From: Pseudomonadota bacterium
GTDB taxonomy: Bacteria > Pseudomonadota > Gammaproteobacteria > Burkholderiales > Rhodocyclaceae
Reading direction: 5' to 3'
Assembly (NCBI GenBank): GCA_021782315.1
Contig: JAJXVG010000001.1
Coordinates: forward strand, 26 to 64,025
Length of the DNA stretch: 64,000 nucleotides
Part shown: piece after piece, positions 1-10,830 of the stretch
How positions within the stretch are numbered: the stretch's first letter is position 1
How the letters are laid out: each line of letters opens with the position of its first letter
The notes under the pieces: model-generated
Database searches by the model: none
Seen by the model: the letters and a program-made list of their open reading frames with translations, nothing else
What the model was told of the DNA's origin: nothing
Position numbers and translations under genes: made by a program

Positions 1-473
<473 letters not shown>

Positions 474-477
<4 letters not shown>

Positions 478-587
478 CCAATTTGGCATCGCGCATGACT
501 TTGTTGGCTTCCTTGGCTACTGCCGTACTGGCGTACTGTCTCGTCGCCGCCTCGCCCTGCGCGCCCCGAATTGCTCAGTCACTCTGA
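474..587 (+). repeat. Short intergenic REP-like element that also reads as a 37-aa hydrophobic ORF
   Basis: ATGA overlap with pccB stop; contains imperfect palindrome GCCGTAC-TGGC-GTACTGTC, resembling dispersed betaproteobacterial repeats I recall; one copy in window. Confidence 0.35.
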
Positions 588-601
588 ATTGAGGGTCACA
601 C

Positions 602-2605
602 ATGTTTACAAAAATTCTGATCGCCAACCGCGGTGAAATTGCCTGCCGCGTCATCAAGACCGCCCGCCAGATGGGCATCAAGACGGTTGCCGTCTATTCC
701 GAGGCCGACAAGGACGCGCTACACGTCGACCTCGCCGACGAGGCCGTCTGCATCGGCCCGGCCGCCTCGAAAGAGTCCTACCTGGTCATGGACAAGATCA
801 TCGCCGCCTGCAAGCAGACCGGCGCCCAGGCCGTCCATCCGGGTTACGGCTTCCTGTCCGAGAATGCGGAATTCTCGCGGCGCCTGGAAGAGGAAGGCAT
901 CAAGTTCATCGGGCCGAAGCATTATTCGGTAGCCAAGATGGGCGACAAGATCGAGTCCAAGAAACTGGCCATCGCCGCCCAGGTCAACACCATTCCCGGT
1001 TACAACGATGCCATTGCCGGCCCCGACGAGGCGGTCAAGATCGCCCAGGGCATCGGCTACCCGGTCATGATCAAGGCTTCTGCCGGCGGCGGCGGCAAGG
1101 GTCTGCGCGTCGCCTACAACGACGCCGAAGCGCACGAAGGCTTCTCCTCCTGCGTCAACGAAGCCCGCAATTCCTTCGGCGACGACCGCGTCTTCATCGA
1201 GAAATACGTGCTTGAACCGCGTCACATCGAGATCCAGGTGCTCGGCGATTCGCACGGCAACTATGTCTACCTGAACGAGCGCGACTGTTCCATCCAGCGT
1301 CGTCACCAGAAGGTCATCGAGGAGGCGCCGAGCCCCTTCGTCGACCCCGCGATGCGCAAGGCCATGGGCGAGCAGGCGGTGGCCCTGGCCAGGGCGGTGA
1401 ATTACGAATCGGCCGGGACGGTGGAGTTCGTCGTCAGCGGCGCCACCAAGGAATTCTATTTCCTGGAAATGAACACCCGCCTGCAGGTGGAGCACCCGGT
1501 CACCGAGCTGATCACCGGCCTCGACCTGGTTGAACAGATGATCCGCGTCGCCTACGGCGAGAAATTGCCGATTTCACAGGCCGATGTCGGCATCAAGGGC
1601 TGGGCGATGGAATGCCGGATCAATGCCGAAGACCCGTTCCGCGGCTTCCTGCCGTCGACCGGTCGCCTGGTCAAGTTCCAGCCGCCGAAGGAAGTGCCCG
1701 GGCAGGTCCGCGTCGATACCGGCGTGTACGATGGCGGCGAAATATCGATGTTCTACGACTCGATGATCGCCAAGCTCATCGTGCACGGGGCTACCCGCGA
1801 CCAGGCCATCACCCGCATGCGCGACGCGCTGAACGGTTTCGTCATCCGCGGCATTTCCTCGAACATTCCGTTCCAGGCGGCACTGATGCAGCATCCGCGC
1901 TTCCAGTCCGGCATCTTCGATACCAGCTTCATCGCCAAGGAGTATCCGAAAGGTTTCGACGCCTCGATGGTGCCGCACGACGACCCTGCCCTGCTGGTCT
2001 CCGTCGCCGCCTATGTCTACCGCGCCTTCACCGACCGTTCCGCCTCGATCACCGGCCAGTTGCAGGGCCACGAGCGCATCGTCGGCGACCATTGGTGCGT
2101 GGTGCGCCTGAATCCGAACGGCAACGAGCACCATACGGTGATCGCCCGCCCGATTCCCGGCGGATATCACGTCGAGTACAAGGGCGAGAAATACGAGATC
2201 CTGTCCGACTGGAAGCTGGGCGAGTCCCTGTTCAACGGCACCTGCAACGGCGAGGAATTCACCTTGCAGGTCGAGCGTCACAGGACCAGGTACAGCCTGT
2301 TCCACTGGGGTACCCGGGCCGATTTCATGGTAATGAGCGCCCGCGCCGCCGAACTGCTCGCCCTGATGCCCGAAAAACAGGCACCCGACCTCTCAAAGTT
2401 CCTGATGTCGCCAATGCCCGGGCTGCTCCGCGAAGTGGCGGTGCAGGTCGGCCAGGAGGTCAAGGCCGGGGAAAAGCTGGCGGTGATCGAGGCCATGAAG
2501 ATGGAAAACATCCTCAAGGCTGACCAGGATTGCAAGGTCAAGAAAATTTCCGCCGCCGCCGGCGAAAGCCTGTCGGTGGATCAGGTCATCATCGAGTTCG
2601 AATAA
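602..2605 (+). CDS. pccA: Propionyl-CoA carboxylase alpha subunit (biotin carboxylase + BCCP)
   Basis: KILIANRGEIA, GGGGKG, EMNTRLQVEH, biotinylation motif EAMKM. Confidence 0.93.
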   Translation: MFTKILIANRGEIACRVIKTARQMGIKTVAVYSEADKDALHVDLADEAVCIGPAASKESYLVMDKIIAACKQTGAQAVHPGYGFLSENAEFSRRLEEEGIKFIGPKHYSVAKMGDKIESKKLAIAAQVNTIPGYNDAIAGPDEAVKIAQGIGYPVMIKASAGGGGKGLRVAYNDAEAHEGFSSCVNEARNSFGDDRVFIEKYVLEPRHIEIQVLGDSHGNYVYLNERDCSIQRRHQKVIEEAPSPFVDPAMRKAMGEQAVALARAVNYESAGTVEFVVSGATKEFYFLEMNTRLQVEHPVTELITGLDLVEQMIRVAYGEKLPISQADVGIKGWAMECRINAEDPFRGFLPSTGRLVKFQPPKEVPGQVRVDTGVYDGGEISMFYDSMIAKLIVHGATRDQAITRMRDALNGFVIRGISSNIPFQAALMQHPRFQSGIFDTSFIAKEYPKGFDASMVPHDDPALLVSVAAYVYRAFTDRSASITGQLQGHERIVGDHWCVVRLNPNGNEHHTVIARPIPGGYHVEYKGEKYEILSDWKLGESLFNGTCNGEEFTLQVERHRTRYSLFHWGTRADFMVMSARAAELLALMPEKQAPDLSKFLMSPMPGLLREVAVQVGQEVKAGEKLAVIEAMKMENILKADQDCKVKKISAAAGESLSVDQVIIEFE

Positions 2606-2640
2606 CCCGGCTTCGACCGGTTTTTCCGGTATCGCCCGGC

Positions 2641-2669
2641 AATGGCCCGCCTCCCGGCGGGCCATTTTA
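2641..2669. terminator. Likely intrinsic terminator between convergent genes
   Basis: Perfect 11-bp stem AATGGCCCGCC-tccc-GGCGGGCCATT followed by a short T run. Confidence 0.75.
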
Positions 2670-4199
2670 TGGCTTGTCGACGGCGTAGCGCACGAAATCG
2701 ACGCCGCGCTCCAGAACTTCGGTCGGCAGCACCTCGACGATCGAGCTTCCTTCCAGGGCCAGACGCGCCTTGAGACGAATCGGCGCGACGGCGGGGGCGA
2801 TCAGCGTACAGTTTTCGCCATCGTGCAACAGGAAAACAGGTATGGCCGGCAAATGCCAGTCCTGCGGAAGATTGGCCAGGCGCCCGGCCTCGACATTTTC
2901 GTCGTACCAGATGAGATCGGCCGCCAGCGCACCACCGTCTACGCTTTGCAAGCCGACCATGGTACCAAGGCGGGGCACGCCGAGCGATACCGTGGCGATC
3001 AGGCAGGGCGATTGCCGGCGGGCCCCGCCACGGTCGGCCGGACGTATGACCTTGCCATCGACCAGCAACCAGTTTTCGCCGGGCACGTTGAGTTTTTTGA
3101 CGGCAGTCGGCAGATTGGAGACGCGGTCGAAGCCGAACATGGCCATGCGCTGGTGGGCGAAGGTCGCACTACCGGCATTCAGCCCGCCGCCCCCTTGCAG
3201 CATCTGGCCGGTAATAACGGCAAAGGCATGCTCGGCGCCGAAGGCAAGTTCGATTTCGCCGACTTCGGTGGCTTGGGGCCGGGCATGCACTTTCAGACTG
3301 ACCTCAAGTGCGCGGAGTAGACGAATGCAGGCAGCCGGCGAGAGTTCACGACCCAGCTTCAGGGACTCCGGCGACTCGCCATCCTGCAGCGCCTTGATCC
3401 GCTGCGTTATCTTGTGAGCCACCTTGCGCACCTCGAGCCAGCGCGGCACGCCATCCGGTAAGACTTCGCCGAACAGCGGGGCGAGATCGACCGCATGTCT
3501 TTTCGGCCCGTCAGCCTGCCCCATTTGAAAGTCGGTCAGTTCCCGCCAGCGGCTGATTGCCCGGTTGGCAACGGCGAGCTGGGCCACCGAAAGACGGTAG
3601 GGGTCGATCAGCCTGAGCATGAAGGCCCAGGCCAGGTGACCGGCAATATTCGCTTCGCCGAGGTGGGGAAAGTCCGGATCGAGCAGGGGGCGATGCAATT
3701 GATCGCAGGCATGCGCTTCGGCGAGCACGGCGAAGAGGAACTGGTCGAGTTGCCTCGGACATTCCCGGGCGGCCAGGAAATGACAGTATTCGGCCATCCG
3801 GAAGGCGCCGGCTGCTCGATGCAGGGGCAGGCATTTCTCGGCGGCGGGAAAATGCGCCGCGATGCGAAGATAGGCGCTTCCCAGGCGTAACCAAAGGCGC
3901 TGGGCGACCTCGAAACAATGCTCATCGTCGTCGAGCATGGGCAGCGCCTTGCGGAGATAGCGGGACTCGACGACTGCCTGGGCCGGCAGGGCCGCCGCGC
4001 GCAGCAACCTGAGCAGTTCGAGCACGAGGGGCGGCGATAGCGTCGCTGCCTCGATCGCCTCGACCTGCAGCGCGACGGCAGCCAGCATGTGCATCGGCTG
4101 TGCCTGCGGTTGAGCCGCCAGCCAGCTTTTTGCCGTTGGCAGGTCGTTGAAGGCAAGCGCGATATTCTTGCGCGGTTCCGGCAGCCTTAACCAGTCCAT
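2667..4199 (-). CDS. Conserved hypothetical protein (possibly FimW-like c-di-GMP receptor family)
   Basis: 510-aa ORF, AAGGAG RBS before ATG at 4199; helical N-terminal and beta-rich C-terminal region (LERGVDF); family guess weak. Confidence 0.7.
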   Translation of the reverse strand: MDWLRLPEPRKNIALAFNDLPTAKSWLAAQPQAQPMHMLAAVALQVEAIEAATLSPPLVLELLRLLRAAALPAQAVVESRYLRKALPMLDDDEHCFEVAQRLWLRLGSAYLRIAAHFPAAEKCLPLHRAAGAFRMAEYCHFLAARECPRQLDQFLFAVLAEAHACDQLHRPLLDPDFPHLGEANIAGHLAWAFMLRLIDPYRLSVAQLAVANRAISRWRELTDFQMGQADGPKRHAVDLAPLFGEVLPDGVPRWLEVRKVAHKITQRIKALQDGESPESLKLGRELSPAACIRLLRALEVSLKVHARPQATEVGEIELAFGAEHAFAVITGQMLQGGGGLNAGSATFAHQRMAMFGFDRVSNLPTAVKKLNVPGENWLLVDGKVIRPADRGGARRQSPCLIATVSLGVPRLGTMVGLQSVDGGALAADLIWYDENVEAGRLANLPQDWHLPAIPVFLLHDGENCTLIAPAVAPIRLKARLALEGSSIVEVLPTEVLERGVDFVRYAVDKP

Positions 4200-4330
4200 G
4201 AGCACTCCTTGCATGGCATTGTCGAATACATGCGTAGACTCTCGACCATAATGGCCGGGATTTCAAGGAAATCGACCTTCAAAAGCGGCCTTTCGGTGAT
4301 GCCGGGATGCCTTCGCTGCGCGAAGGCCGG

Positions 4331-4810
4331 CTAGGCCAAGCTGATCGACGCCACCGGGCAAGGCGCGACACAGGCACCGCAGCCGGTGCACCTGGCCGTC
4401 TCCACCTCCGCCAGAGAAGTGCCGCCGGGGCGGAGGGGGAAGCGGATGGCGCGGGTGTCGCAGAAATCGCCGCAGACCCGGCACTCGATGCCACGGCGCG
4501 CCAGGCAATCTTCACCGATAACGGCCTTGTGCAGCCAGGCGACCTGTTCGTTATCGGCGCGGCTGATCGCCCCGGACGGACATTTGTTGACACAGTCGCC
4601 GCAGAAGGTGCATTCGCCACGGGCGAAGTCTATGGTCGGATAAGCCCCGTCGCCGCTCACGATAATTCGCTGCGGGCAGCCGGCGATACAGTCGCCGCAA
4701 CGGGTGCAACGGTCGACGAAAGCCACCTCGGCAAGCGCCCAGGGCGGCCGGATTTCAGCCTTGGGACGCGGCTTCCCCCGAAAGAAACCGCGCCGGGAGA
4801 GATCGACCAT
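4331..4810 (-). CDS. napF: Ferredoxin-type protein NapF
   Basis: N-terminal SRRGFF, IRPPW, four Cys clusters (CTRCGDC, CTFCGDC, CRVCGDFC, CTGCGAC). Confidence 0.88.
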   Translation of the reverse strand: MVDLSRRGFFRGKPRPKAEIRPPWALAEVAFVDRCTRCGDCIAGCPQRIIVSGDGAYPTIDFARGECTFCGDCVNKCPSGAISRADNEQVAWLHKAVIGEDCLARRGIECRVCGDFCDTRAIRFPLRPGGTSLAEVETARCTGCGACVAPCPVASISLA

Positions 4811-4815
4811 GGGCC

Positions 4816-5658
4816 CTACTTGCCGGCCTTCATCTTCTCGATGCCCTGACGCAGCATCTGGTCGATTTCCGATCCCGGTTCGACCTGCTCCAGCAGAGGC
4901 TCCCAGTAGGCGATGCCTTGCTTGTTGTCGCCGGCTTCCATGGCGGCGGCGCCGGCCAGGAAGAGACTGTGGGCATTCTTGGGATCGATCTTCAAGGCCT
5001 GTTCGACCAGTTGTCGGGCCTTGCCGGTGATGCCCTTGCCGTTGGCCATGGCCAGGGTTTCGGCGTAGCTGGTCAGTTGTTCTGGGTCGTCGTTGATCGC
5101 CCCTTCCGCCTTGCCATAGGCTTCTGCCGCGTCGGCGTAGCGCCCCAGCGATTTGTAAGAGCGGGCAAGCATCAGCCAGCCCTGCATGTCATCCGGATTG
5201 GCCTTCATTTTCTCGGCCAGCCTGGCGACCATTTCGTTGATCTTTTCCGGCGTCATCTGCGCCTGGGCTACGGTCTGCATCGGATCGAGCGCCTTCGGAT
5301 TGCCGAGAATGCCGTAGCCGAGAAGGCCGAGGACGGGCAGGAGCAGCAGGATGGCGATGGCCAGCTTGCGGCTCGGGCCGTGCGTGACCCCGCTTGCGGC
5401 ATCAGCCGTGGCGGGCTCGACCTCGTCGAGCAGGCGGCGCTGAAGTTCCTGCCTGGCCTGGTTGAAATCGGTCTCGGCCAGTGATCCTTCCGCCTTTTCG
5501 CGGTCAAGTTCGGCCAGTTGGTCGCGGAAGATGGCGAGATTGACTTCCTTGCGGTCCGCCCTGGTTTTCGGTGCCCGCAAGCCGAGCCACAGCGGCGGCA
5601 GGATGAAGGCCGAAACGACCACGATGAGGAGGATGGCGAAAATGGCGAACTGGTTCAT
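4816..5658 (-). CDS. ccmI: Cytochrome c maturation protein CcmI/CycH (TPR)
   Basis: TM helices, FRDQLAEL, GWLMLARSY, TPR repeats; ccm operon position. Confidence 0.88.
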   Translation of the reverse strand: MNQFAIFAILLIVVVSAFILPPLWLGLRAPKTRADRKEVNLAIFRDQLAELDREKAEGSLAETDFNQARQELQRRLLDEVEPATADAASGVTHGPSRKLAIAILLLLPVLGLLGYGILGNPKALDPMQTVAQAQMTPEKINEMVARLAEKMKANPDDMQGWLMLARSYKSLGRYADAAEAYGKAEGAINDDPEQLTSYAETLAMANGKGITGKARQLVEQALKIDPKNAHSLFLAGAAAMEAGDNKQGIAYWEPLLEQVEPGSEIDQMLRQGIEKMKAGK

Positions 5659-6143
5659 TTCTGTTCGGATTCCTTGAGCAGCGCATCGGCACGGCTGGAG
5701 TCGGCGGCCGAAAGCGGCTGATCCTCGGCATTGAGACGCGCGTTGCGGCGACGCAGGTAGCGCTGCAGGGCAAACAGGCCGAACAGCATCAAGGCAAGCG
5801 GCCCGCCCCAGAGCAGCAGGGTGATGCCTTTAACCGGCGGCCGGTAGAGGACGAAGTCGCCGTAGCGGGCGACCATGAAATCGACGATTTCCTTGTCCGA
5901 TTTGCCTTCCTTGATCATGATGCGAATTTCGTGGCGCAGGTCCTGGGCCAGTTCGGCATTGGAGTCGGCAATGGTCTGGTTCTGACAGACCAGGCAGCGC
6001 AATTCCTCGGAAAGCCCTTGCAGGCGCTTTTCGGCGACGGGGTCGGCGGCGACGGCGGCTTCATTGGCCTCGTCGGCGATGGCGATGCTCGATCCGAAAC
6101 AGCTGCCGAGGACGAGCAGTGCGATCAGGAGGTGGCGCTTCAT
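5655..6143 (-). CDS. ccmH: Cytochrome c maturation protein CcmH
   Basis: LRCLVCQNQ, RYGDFVLYRPP; start MKRHLL at 6143 overlaps ccmG stop. Confidence 0.92.
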   Translation of the reverse strand: MKRHLLIALLVLGSCFGSSIAIADEANEAAVAADPVAEKRLQGLSEELRCLVCQNQTIADSNAELAQDLRHEIRIMIKEGKSDKEIVDFMVARYGDFVLYRPPVKGITLLLWGGPLALMLFGLFALQRYLRRRNARLNAEDQPLSAADSSRADALLKESEQK

Positions 6144-6724
6144 TTGTTCAACTCGGCAAGCAGGGGCATGATCTTGGTGGTCAGCACCTCGGGCGAGATC
6201 GGGCCGGTATGCTTCATGCGGATGGTGCCGGCCTTGTCGATGACGTAGGTTTCCGGCACGCCATAGACGCCGTAATCGATGCCGACGCGGCCGTCGATAT
6301 CCATGACGGTCAGCGTGTAGGGATTGCCGTGCTGCGCCAGCCACTGGTTGGCGCGCTGAAAGGCCAGCTTCTTCTCCTCGTCGGCCGGCATCTTGCTCAT
6401 GTCGAATTCGCCGTCGCCACGGACCTCCTTGTAATTGAGGCCGATCAGCGGCACGTCGACCTTCCTGGAAAACTCGACCAGAACCGGATGCTCCTGGCGA
6501 CAGGAGATGCACCAGGAGGACCAGACGTTGAGCAGCCAGACCTTGCCCAGCATGTCCTTCGGAGCGAGCGTCTTTTCCGGCGTGGCCAGGACGTTCAGAT
6601 TGAAGGCCGGGGCAGGCTTGCCGACCAGGGGAGAGGGAACGTCGCGCGGATTGAGATTGAGCCCGACGGCGAGCAGGGCGACGAGAGCGGCGAAGGCGCC
6701 GAGGATCCAGTAATAGCGATTCAT
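6140..6724 (-). CDS. ccmG: Thiol:disulfide interchange protein CcmG/DsbE
   Basis: WSSWCISC, GVYGVPETY; start MNRYYW at 6724. Confidence 0.92.
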   Translation of the reverse strand: MNRYYWILGAFAALVALLAVGLNLNPRDVPSPLVGKPAPAFNLNVLATPEKTLAPKDMLGKVWLLNVWSSWCISCRQEHPVLVEFSRKVDVPLIGLNYKEVRGDGEFDMSKMPADEEKKLAFQRANQWLAQHGNPYTLTVMDIDGRVGIDYGVYGVPETYVIDKAGTIRMKHTGPISPEVLTTKIMPLLAELNK

Positions 6725-8715
6725 GCTTGTTGTGTTCCGGCAGGGATTTTGACGGCTTCTGAGGCACGGGATTTGACGCGATAGCGACGGTCGAGCAGGG
6801 CGAACAGGCCACCGATCGCCATCAGGATGCAACCGCCCCAGATCCAGTCGACGAAAGGCTTGTAATAGACGCGCACGGCCCACTCGCCTTCCGGCTTGTC
6901 ACGGTCGATCGGTTCGCCGAGCGAGACATAGACGTCGCGCAGGAAGCCGGCATCGATGGAGGCTTCGGTCATGGGCATGCCGGAAGAGGCGTAGTTGCGC
7001 TTTTCCGGAGTCATTTTCCGCATGAACCTGCCGTTCACGGCGAGGTCGAAATCGCCCTGGGCGGCAACGTAATTCGGCCCCTGCACGGTTTTGACCCCGT
7101 TGAAGGTGAAGCTGTAACCGGCTACTAGGGTAGTCTCGCCGGGCCCCATCTTGACATCCTTCTCTTCCTGGAAGCTGCTAACCATGGTGACGCCGACGAC
7201 GAAAACGGCGATACCGAAGTGGGCGACGCACATGCCGACGAAGCTGCGCGGCTGCTTCAACGCCGTGCCCAGGAAGGACTGGCCTGCGCGCGTCTGCTGT
7301 ACCCGCTCGGCGAAGTGGAGCAGCGTGGTCAGGGCGATCCAGGCGGCAAACAGGATGCCCAGCGCGGTCAGCGCGGCCCAACGGCCATAAACGAGGGGCA
7401 GGACAATGGCGACGACGGCCGAGGCAAGCATGGCCCAGCGCACGGTGCGACTGATTTCCCGGATCGATGCCTCCTTCCAGCGGGCGAAGGGAGCAACGCC
7501 CATCAGGAAGAGAACCGGCGCCATGACGGGCACGAAGACGGCATTGAAATAGGGCGGCCCGACCGAAATCTTGCCGACACCCAGTGCATCGATAAGCAGC
7601 GGGTACAGGGTGCCGAGCAAGACCGTCGCGCAGGCAACGACGAGCAGGACATTATTGGTGAGCAGCAGCGACTCGCGCGAAACCAGGGCGAAGCGGCCGC
7701 CCAGCCCGACCTTCGGGGCGCGCCAGGCAAACAGGGCGAGCGAGGTGCCGATCACGGCAACCAGGAAAATCAGGATGAAAATGCCGCGCCGCGGGTCGGT
7801 GGCGAAGGCATGCACCGAGGTCAGCACGCCGGAACGAACAAGGAAGGTGCCGAGCAGCGACAGCGAAAATGCCGAAATGGCCAGGAGCACGGTCCAGTTC
7901 TTGAAACTGCCGCGCTTTTCGGTCACCGCCAGCGAGTGGATCAGCGCCGTGCCGACCAGCCAGGGCATGAAGGAGGCGTTTTCGACCGGGTCCCAGAACC
8001 ACCAGCCACCCCAGCCCAGTTCGTAATAGGCCCACCACGAACCCATGGCGATGCCGAGGGTCAGGAAGCACCAGGCGGCCATGGTCCACGGCCGCGACCA
8101 GCGCGCCCAGGCGGCATCCAACTGGCCGGAGAGCAAGGCCGCGATGGCAAAGGCGAAGGCGACCGAGAAACCGACGTAACCCATGTAGAGCAGGGGCGGA
8201 TGGATGACCAGACCCGGATCCTGCAGCAGCGGATTGAGGTCACGCCCTTCGGCGGCGGCTGGCAGCAGGCGTTCGAAGGGGTTGGAGGTGATCAGGATGA
8301 AGAGCAGGAAACCGAAGGCGACCAGCCCCAGGGTGCCGAGAACACGGGCGACCATGGTTTCCGGTAGTTGCCTGGAAAGCATGGCGACGCCGAAGGCCCA
8401 CCAGGTCAGGAACAGCATCCACAGCAGCAGGGAACCTTCATGACCGCCCCAGACCGCCGCCACGCGGTACTGGATGGGCAGCAGCGAATTGGAATGCTGG
8501 GCGACGTAAACCACCGAGAAATCGCTGGTCACGAAGGCCTGAACCAGGCAGGCGAAGGAGAAAGTCAGCAGCAGGGCCAGGGCCGAGGCGGCCGGCCGGG
8601 CGACGGCAACCCAGGCCATGCGGTTGCGGTGAGCGCCGAGCAGGGGCAGGGTACCGAGGATCAGCGCGACCAAGGCGGCGAGGATGAGGGCAAAGTGGCC
8701 AAGTTCGGGAATCAT
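6721..8715 (-). CDS. ccmF: Haem lyase CcmF
   Basis: MIPELG, WGGWWFWDPVENAS, SVHAF. Confidence 0.96.
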   Translation of the reverse strand: MIPELGHFALILAALVALILGTLPLLGAHRNRMAWVAVARPAASALALLLTFSFACLVQAFVTSDFSVVYVAQHSNSLLPIQYRVAAVWGGHEGSLLLWMLFLTWWAFGVAMLSRQLPETMVARVLGTLGLVAFGFLLFILITSNPFERLLPAAAEGRDLNPLLQDPGLVIHPPLLYMGYVGFSVAFAFAIAALLSGQLDAAWARWSRPWTMAAWCFLTLGIAMGSWWAYYELGWGGWWFWDPVENASFMPWLVGTALIHSLAVTEKRGSFKNWTVLLAISAFSLSLLGTFLVRSGVLTSVHAFATDPRRGIFILIFLVAVIGTSLALFAWRAPKVGLGGRFALVSRESLLLTNNVLLVVACATVLLGTLYPLLIDALGVGKISVGPPYFNAVFVPVMAPVLFLMGVAPFARWKEASIREISRTVRWAMLASAVVAIVLPLVYGRWAALTALGILFAAWIALTTLLHFAERVQQTRAGQSFLGTALKQPRSFVGMCVAHFGIAVFVVGVTMVSSFQEEKDVKMGPGETTLVAGYSFTFNGVKTVQGPNYVAAQGDFDLAVNGRFMRKMTPEKRNYASSGMPMTEASIDAGFLRDVYVSLGEPIDRDKPEGEWAVRVYYKPFVDWIWGGCILMAIGGLFALLDRRYRVKSRASEAVKIPAGTQQA

Positions 8716-8717
8716 GC

Positions 8718-9200
8718 TCAGTAGCTCGCTTTCGGCTTGTCGCTCAGGGAAGAGGGAGAAACATGCTTGCCGGCGGCTTTCTGGGCGTCGTCCACGGCCT
8801 TGGCGGCTTCCGGCGGCATGTAATTTTCATCGTGCTTGGCCAGCACTTCGCTGGCGACGAAGGTGCCGTCCGGGCTCATCTTGCCCTGGGCGACAACCCC
8901 CTTGCCTTCCTTGAACAGGTCGGGAAGTATGCCTTTGTAATGAACCAGCATGTCCTGGGCGGTATCGGTGACGACGAAGGCGATGGTCACCCCGTCGGCC
9001 TGCCGTTGCAGGCTGCCTTCCTTGACCAGGCCGCCAATACGGAAGGCCTTGCCATGCGGCGCCTTGCCCTGGGCGACATCGGTCGGCGAAATGTAAAGGG
9101 CGATGTTGCTGTTCAGCGCGTTGAGGACGAGGGCGGCGATGATGCCGACGATGACCAGCGCGCCGCCGATCAGGGCGAGTTTTTTGTGACGGGATTTCAT
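8718..9200 (-). CDS. ccmE: Haem chaperone CcmE
   Basis: [16 protein letters not shown]. Confidence 0.95.
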   Translation of the reverse strand: MKSRHKKLALIGGALVIVGIIAALVLNALNSNIALYISPTDVAQGKAPHGKAFRIGGLVKEGSLQRQADGVTIAFVVTDTAQDMLVHYKGILPDLFKEGKGVVAQGKMSPDGTFVASEVLAKHDENYMPPEAAKAVDDAQKAAGKHVSPSSLSDKPKASY

Positions 9201-9397
9201 TCAGCGGTATTCCTGTTTTCTGCACGCGCATCAGCGCGAAGCTGACGCTTGAGACGAGCGACGGTGCTCTTTCGATTGCGGGCGACGACGATCGGTTCAA
9301 TCGTCATGATCAACGCCGTGGCGCCGAAGGAGCTCCAAACGTAAAAACCGTAGCCGCCCATGGCGATGAAGTCGGAAAAACTGTTCCAGTAGATCAT
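9197..9397 (-). CDS. ccmD: Haem exporter protein CcmD
   Basis: [16 protein letters not shown] followed by basic tail; overlaps ccmC stop and ccmE start. Confidence 0.9.
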   Translation of the reverse strand: MIYWNSFSDFIAMGGYGFYVWSSFGATALIMTIEPIVVARNRKSTVARLKRQLRADARAENRNTAE

Positions 9398-10152
9398 TGT
9401 TCGCCTCCGGTCAAATGCCCGGACAGTTCGACCCTGGCCCAGTCGGTATGGCGTTCGCGTTCGAGCATGATGGTACGGGCGCGCATCAGGGCGAGGGCGA
9501 TCGAATACATCCAGAAGCACATGGCCATCAGCAGCATGCTCCATAGCATGGTCTGGGCCATCGAGGACTTGGCCAGATTGATGCTGGATCCCTGGTGCAG
9601 CGTGTTCCACCATTTCACCGAGAAATAGATGATCGGCACATTGACCACCCCGACCAGCAGCAGCAACCCGCCGGCCTTGTCGGCCCGGCGCGCGTCGTCG
9701 ATGGCGGCGGTCAGCGCCATGTAACCGATGTACAGGAAGAGAAGGATCAACTCGGAAGTCAGTCGCGCATCCCAGACCCACCAGGCGCCCCACATCGGCT
9801 TGCCCCACAGGGCGCCGGTGAGCAGCGACAGAAAGGCCATCAGTGCGCCAGTCGGCGCCAGTGCCTGGGTCATCATCCCGGACAGGCGGGTGTTGAAGGC
9901 CAGCCCGATGGCCGCCCAGAAAGCCATGACCAGGTAAATGAACATCGACATCCAGGAGGCCGGGACGTGGATGAAAATGATCCGGTAACCCTCGCCCTGC
10001 TGAAAGTCGGTCGGCGCGACCAGCATGCCGAGGTAGAGGCCGGCCAATCCGAAGAGGACTGCAAGTGCGACAAAATAGGGAATCAGCGTACCGGCGAGGG
10101 GATAGAAGGTGGCCGGCGAGGCGAAGCGGTAGAGATTGAAGCGGTCTTTCAT
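9394..10152 (-). CDS. ccmC: Haem exporter protein CcmC
   Basis: WGKPMWGAWWVWDARLT, HVP, LHQ; start MKDRF at 10152. Confidence 0.95.
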   Translation of the reverse strand: MKDRFNLYRFASPATFYPLAGTLIPYFVALAVLFGLAGLYLGMLVAPTDFQQGEGYRIIFIHVPASWMSMFIYLVMAFWAAIGLAFNTRLSGMMTQALAPTGALMAFLSLLTGALWGKPMWGAWWVWDARLTSELILLFLYIGYMALTAAIDDARRADKAGGLLLLVGVVNVPIIYFSVKWWNTLHQGSSINLAKSSMAQTMLWSMLLMAMCFWMYSIALALMRARTIMLERERHTDWARVELSGHLTGGEQ

Positions 10153-10817
10153 TCGAGGGCAATCTTCAAGGCGGCGGCCGATGCCCAGGGGGCAAAGCCG
10201 ACAGAGGCAAAGGTCAGGGCGGCAAGCAGTGAAAGGTGGCCTTCTCCCCCGAGTCCGGAAACCGTCGCATCCACTGCGCCAGCGCCGAATATTAGCACCG
10301 GTATGTAGAGGGGCAACACCAGCAGGGAGAGCAGTACGCCGCCGCCTCGCACACCCAGGGTCAGGGCGGCGCCGATGGCGCCGATGCCGGACAGCGCGGG
10401 CGTGCCGAGCAGGATGGCCCCGGTCAGGACGATCAGGGCATCGGCCGAGAGATCGAACTGCAGGCCGAGCACCGGGGCGATCAGGGCGAGGGGCAGGCCG
10501 GACACAAGCCAGTGAGCGATCACTTTTCCGGTGACGACCAAACCGAGCGGATGCGGGGCCAGGGCCAACTGCTCCAGGGTGCCGTCGCGGTGGTCGTCGG
10601 CAAACAGCCGGGGCAGGGACAGCATGGTGGCCAGCAGGGCGGCGACCCACAGCACGCCGGGGGCCAGTTTGCGTAGCAGGTCGGGTTCCGGTCCGATGCC
10701 GAGCGGAAACAGGCTGACCACGATGACGAAGAAAAACAGGGCCGAAACGATATCGGACTGGCGCCGCATGGCCAGTCTGAGATCGCGGACAACGACTGCG
10801 ACGATGACGTTCAGCAC
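10149..10817 (-). CDS. ccmB: Haem exporter protein CcmB
   Basis: DGTLEQL, LLVLPLYIPVLIF; hydrophobic. Confidence 0.94.
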   Translation of the reverse strand: MLNVIVAVVVRDLRLAMRRQSDIVSALFFFVIVVSLFPLGIGPEPDLLRKLAPGVLWVAALLATMLSLPRLFADDHRDGTLEQLALAPHPLGLVVTGKVIAHWLVSGLPLALIAPVLGLQFDLSADALIVLTGAILLGTPALSGIGAIGAALTLGVRGGGVLLSLLVLPLYIPVLIFGAGAVDATVSGLGGEGHLSLLAALTFASVGFAPWASAAALKIALE

Positions 10818-10830
10818 GCGCTTACCGCCA

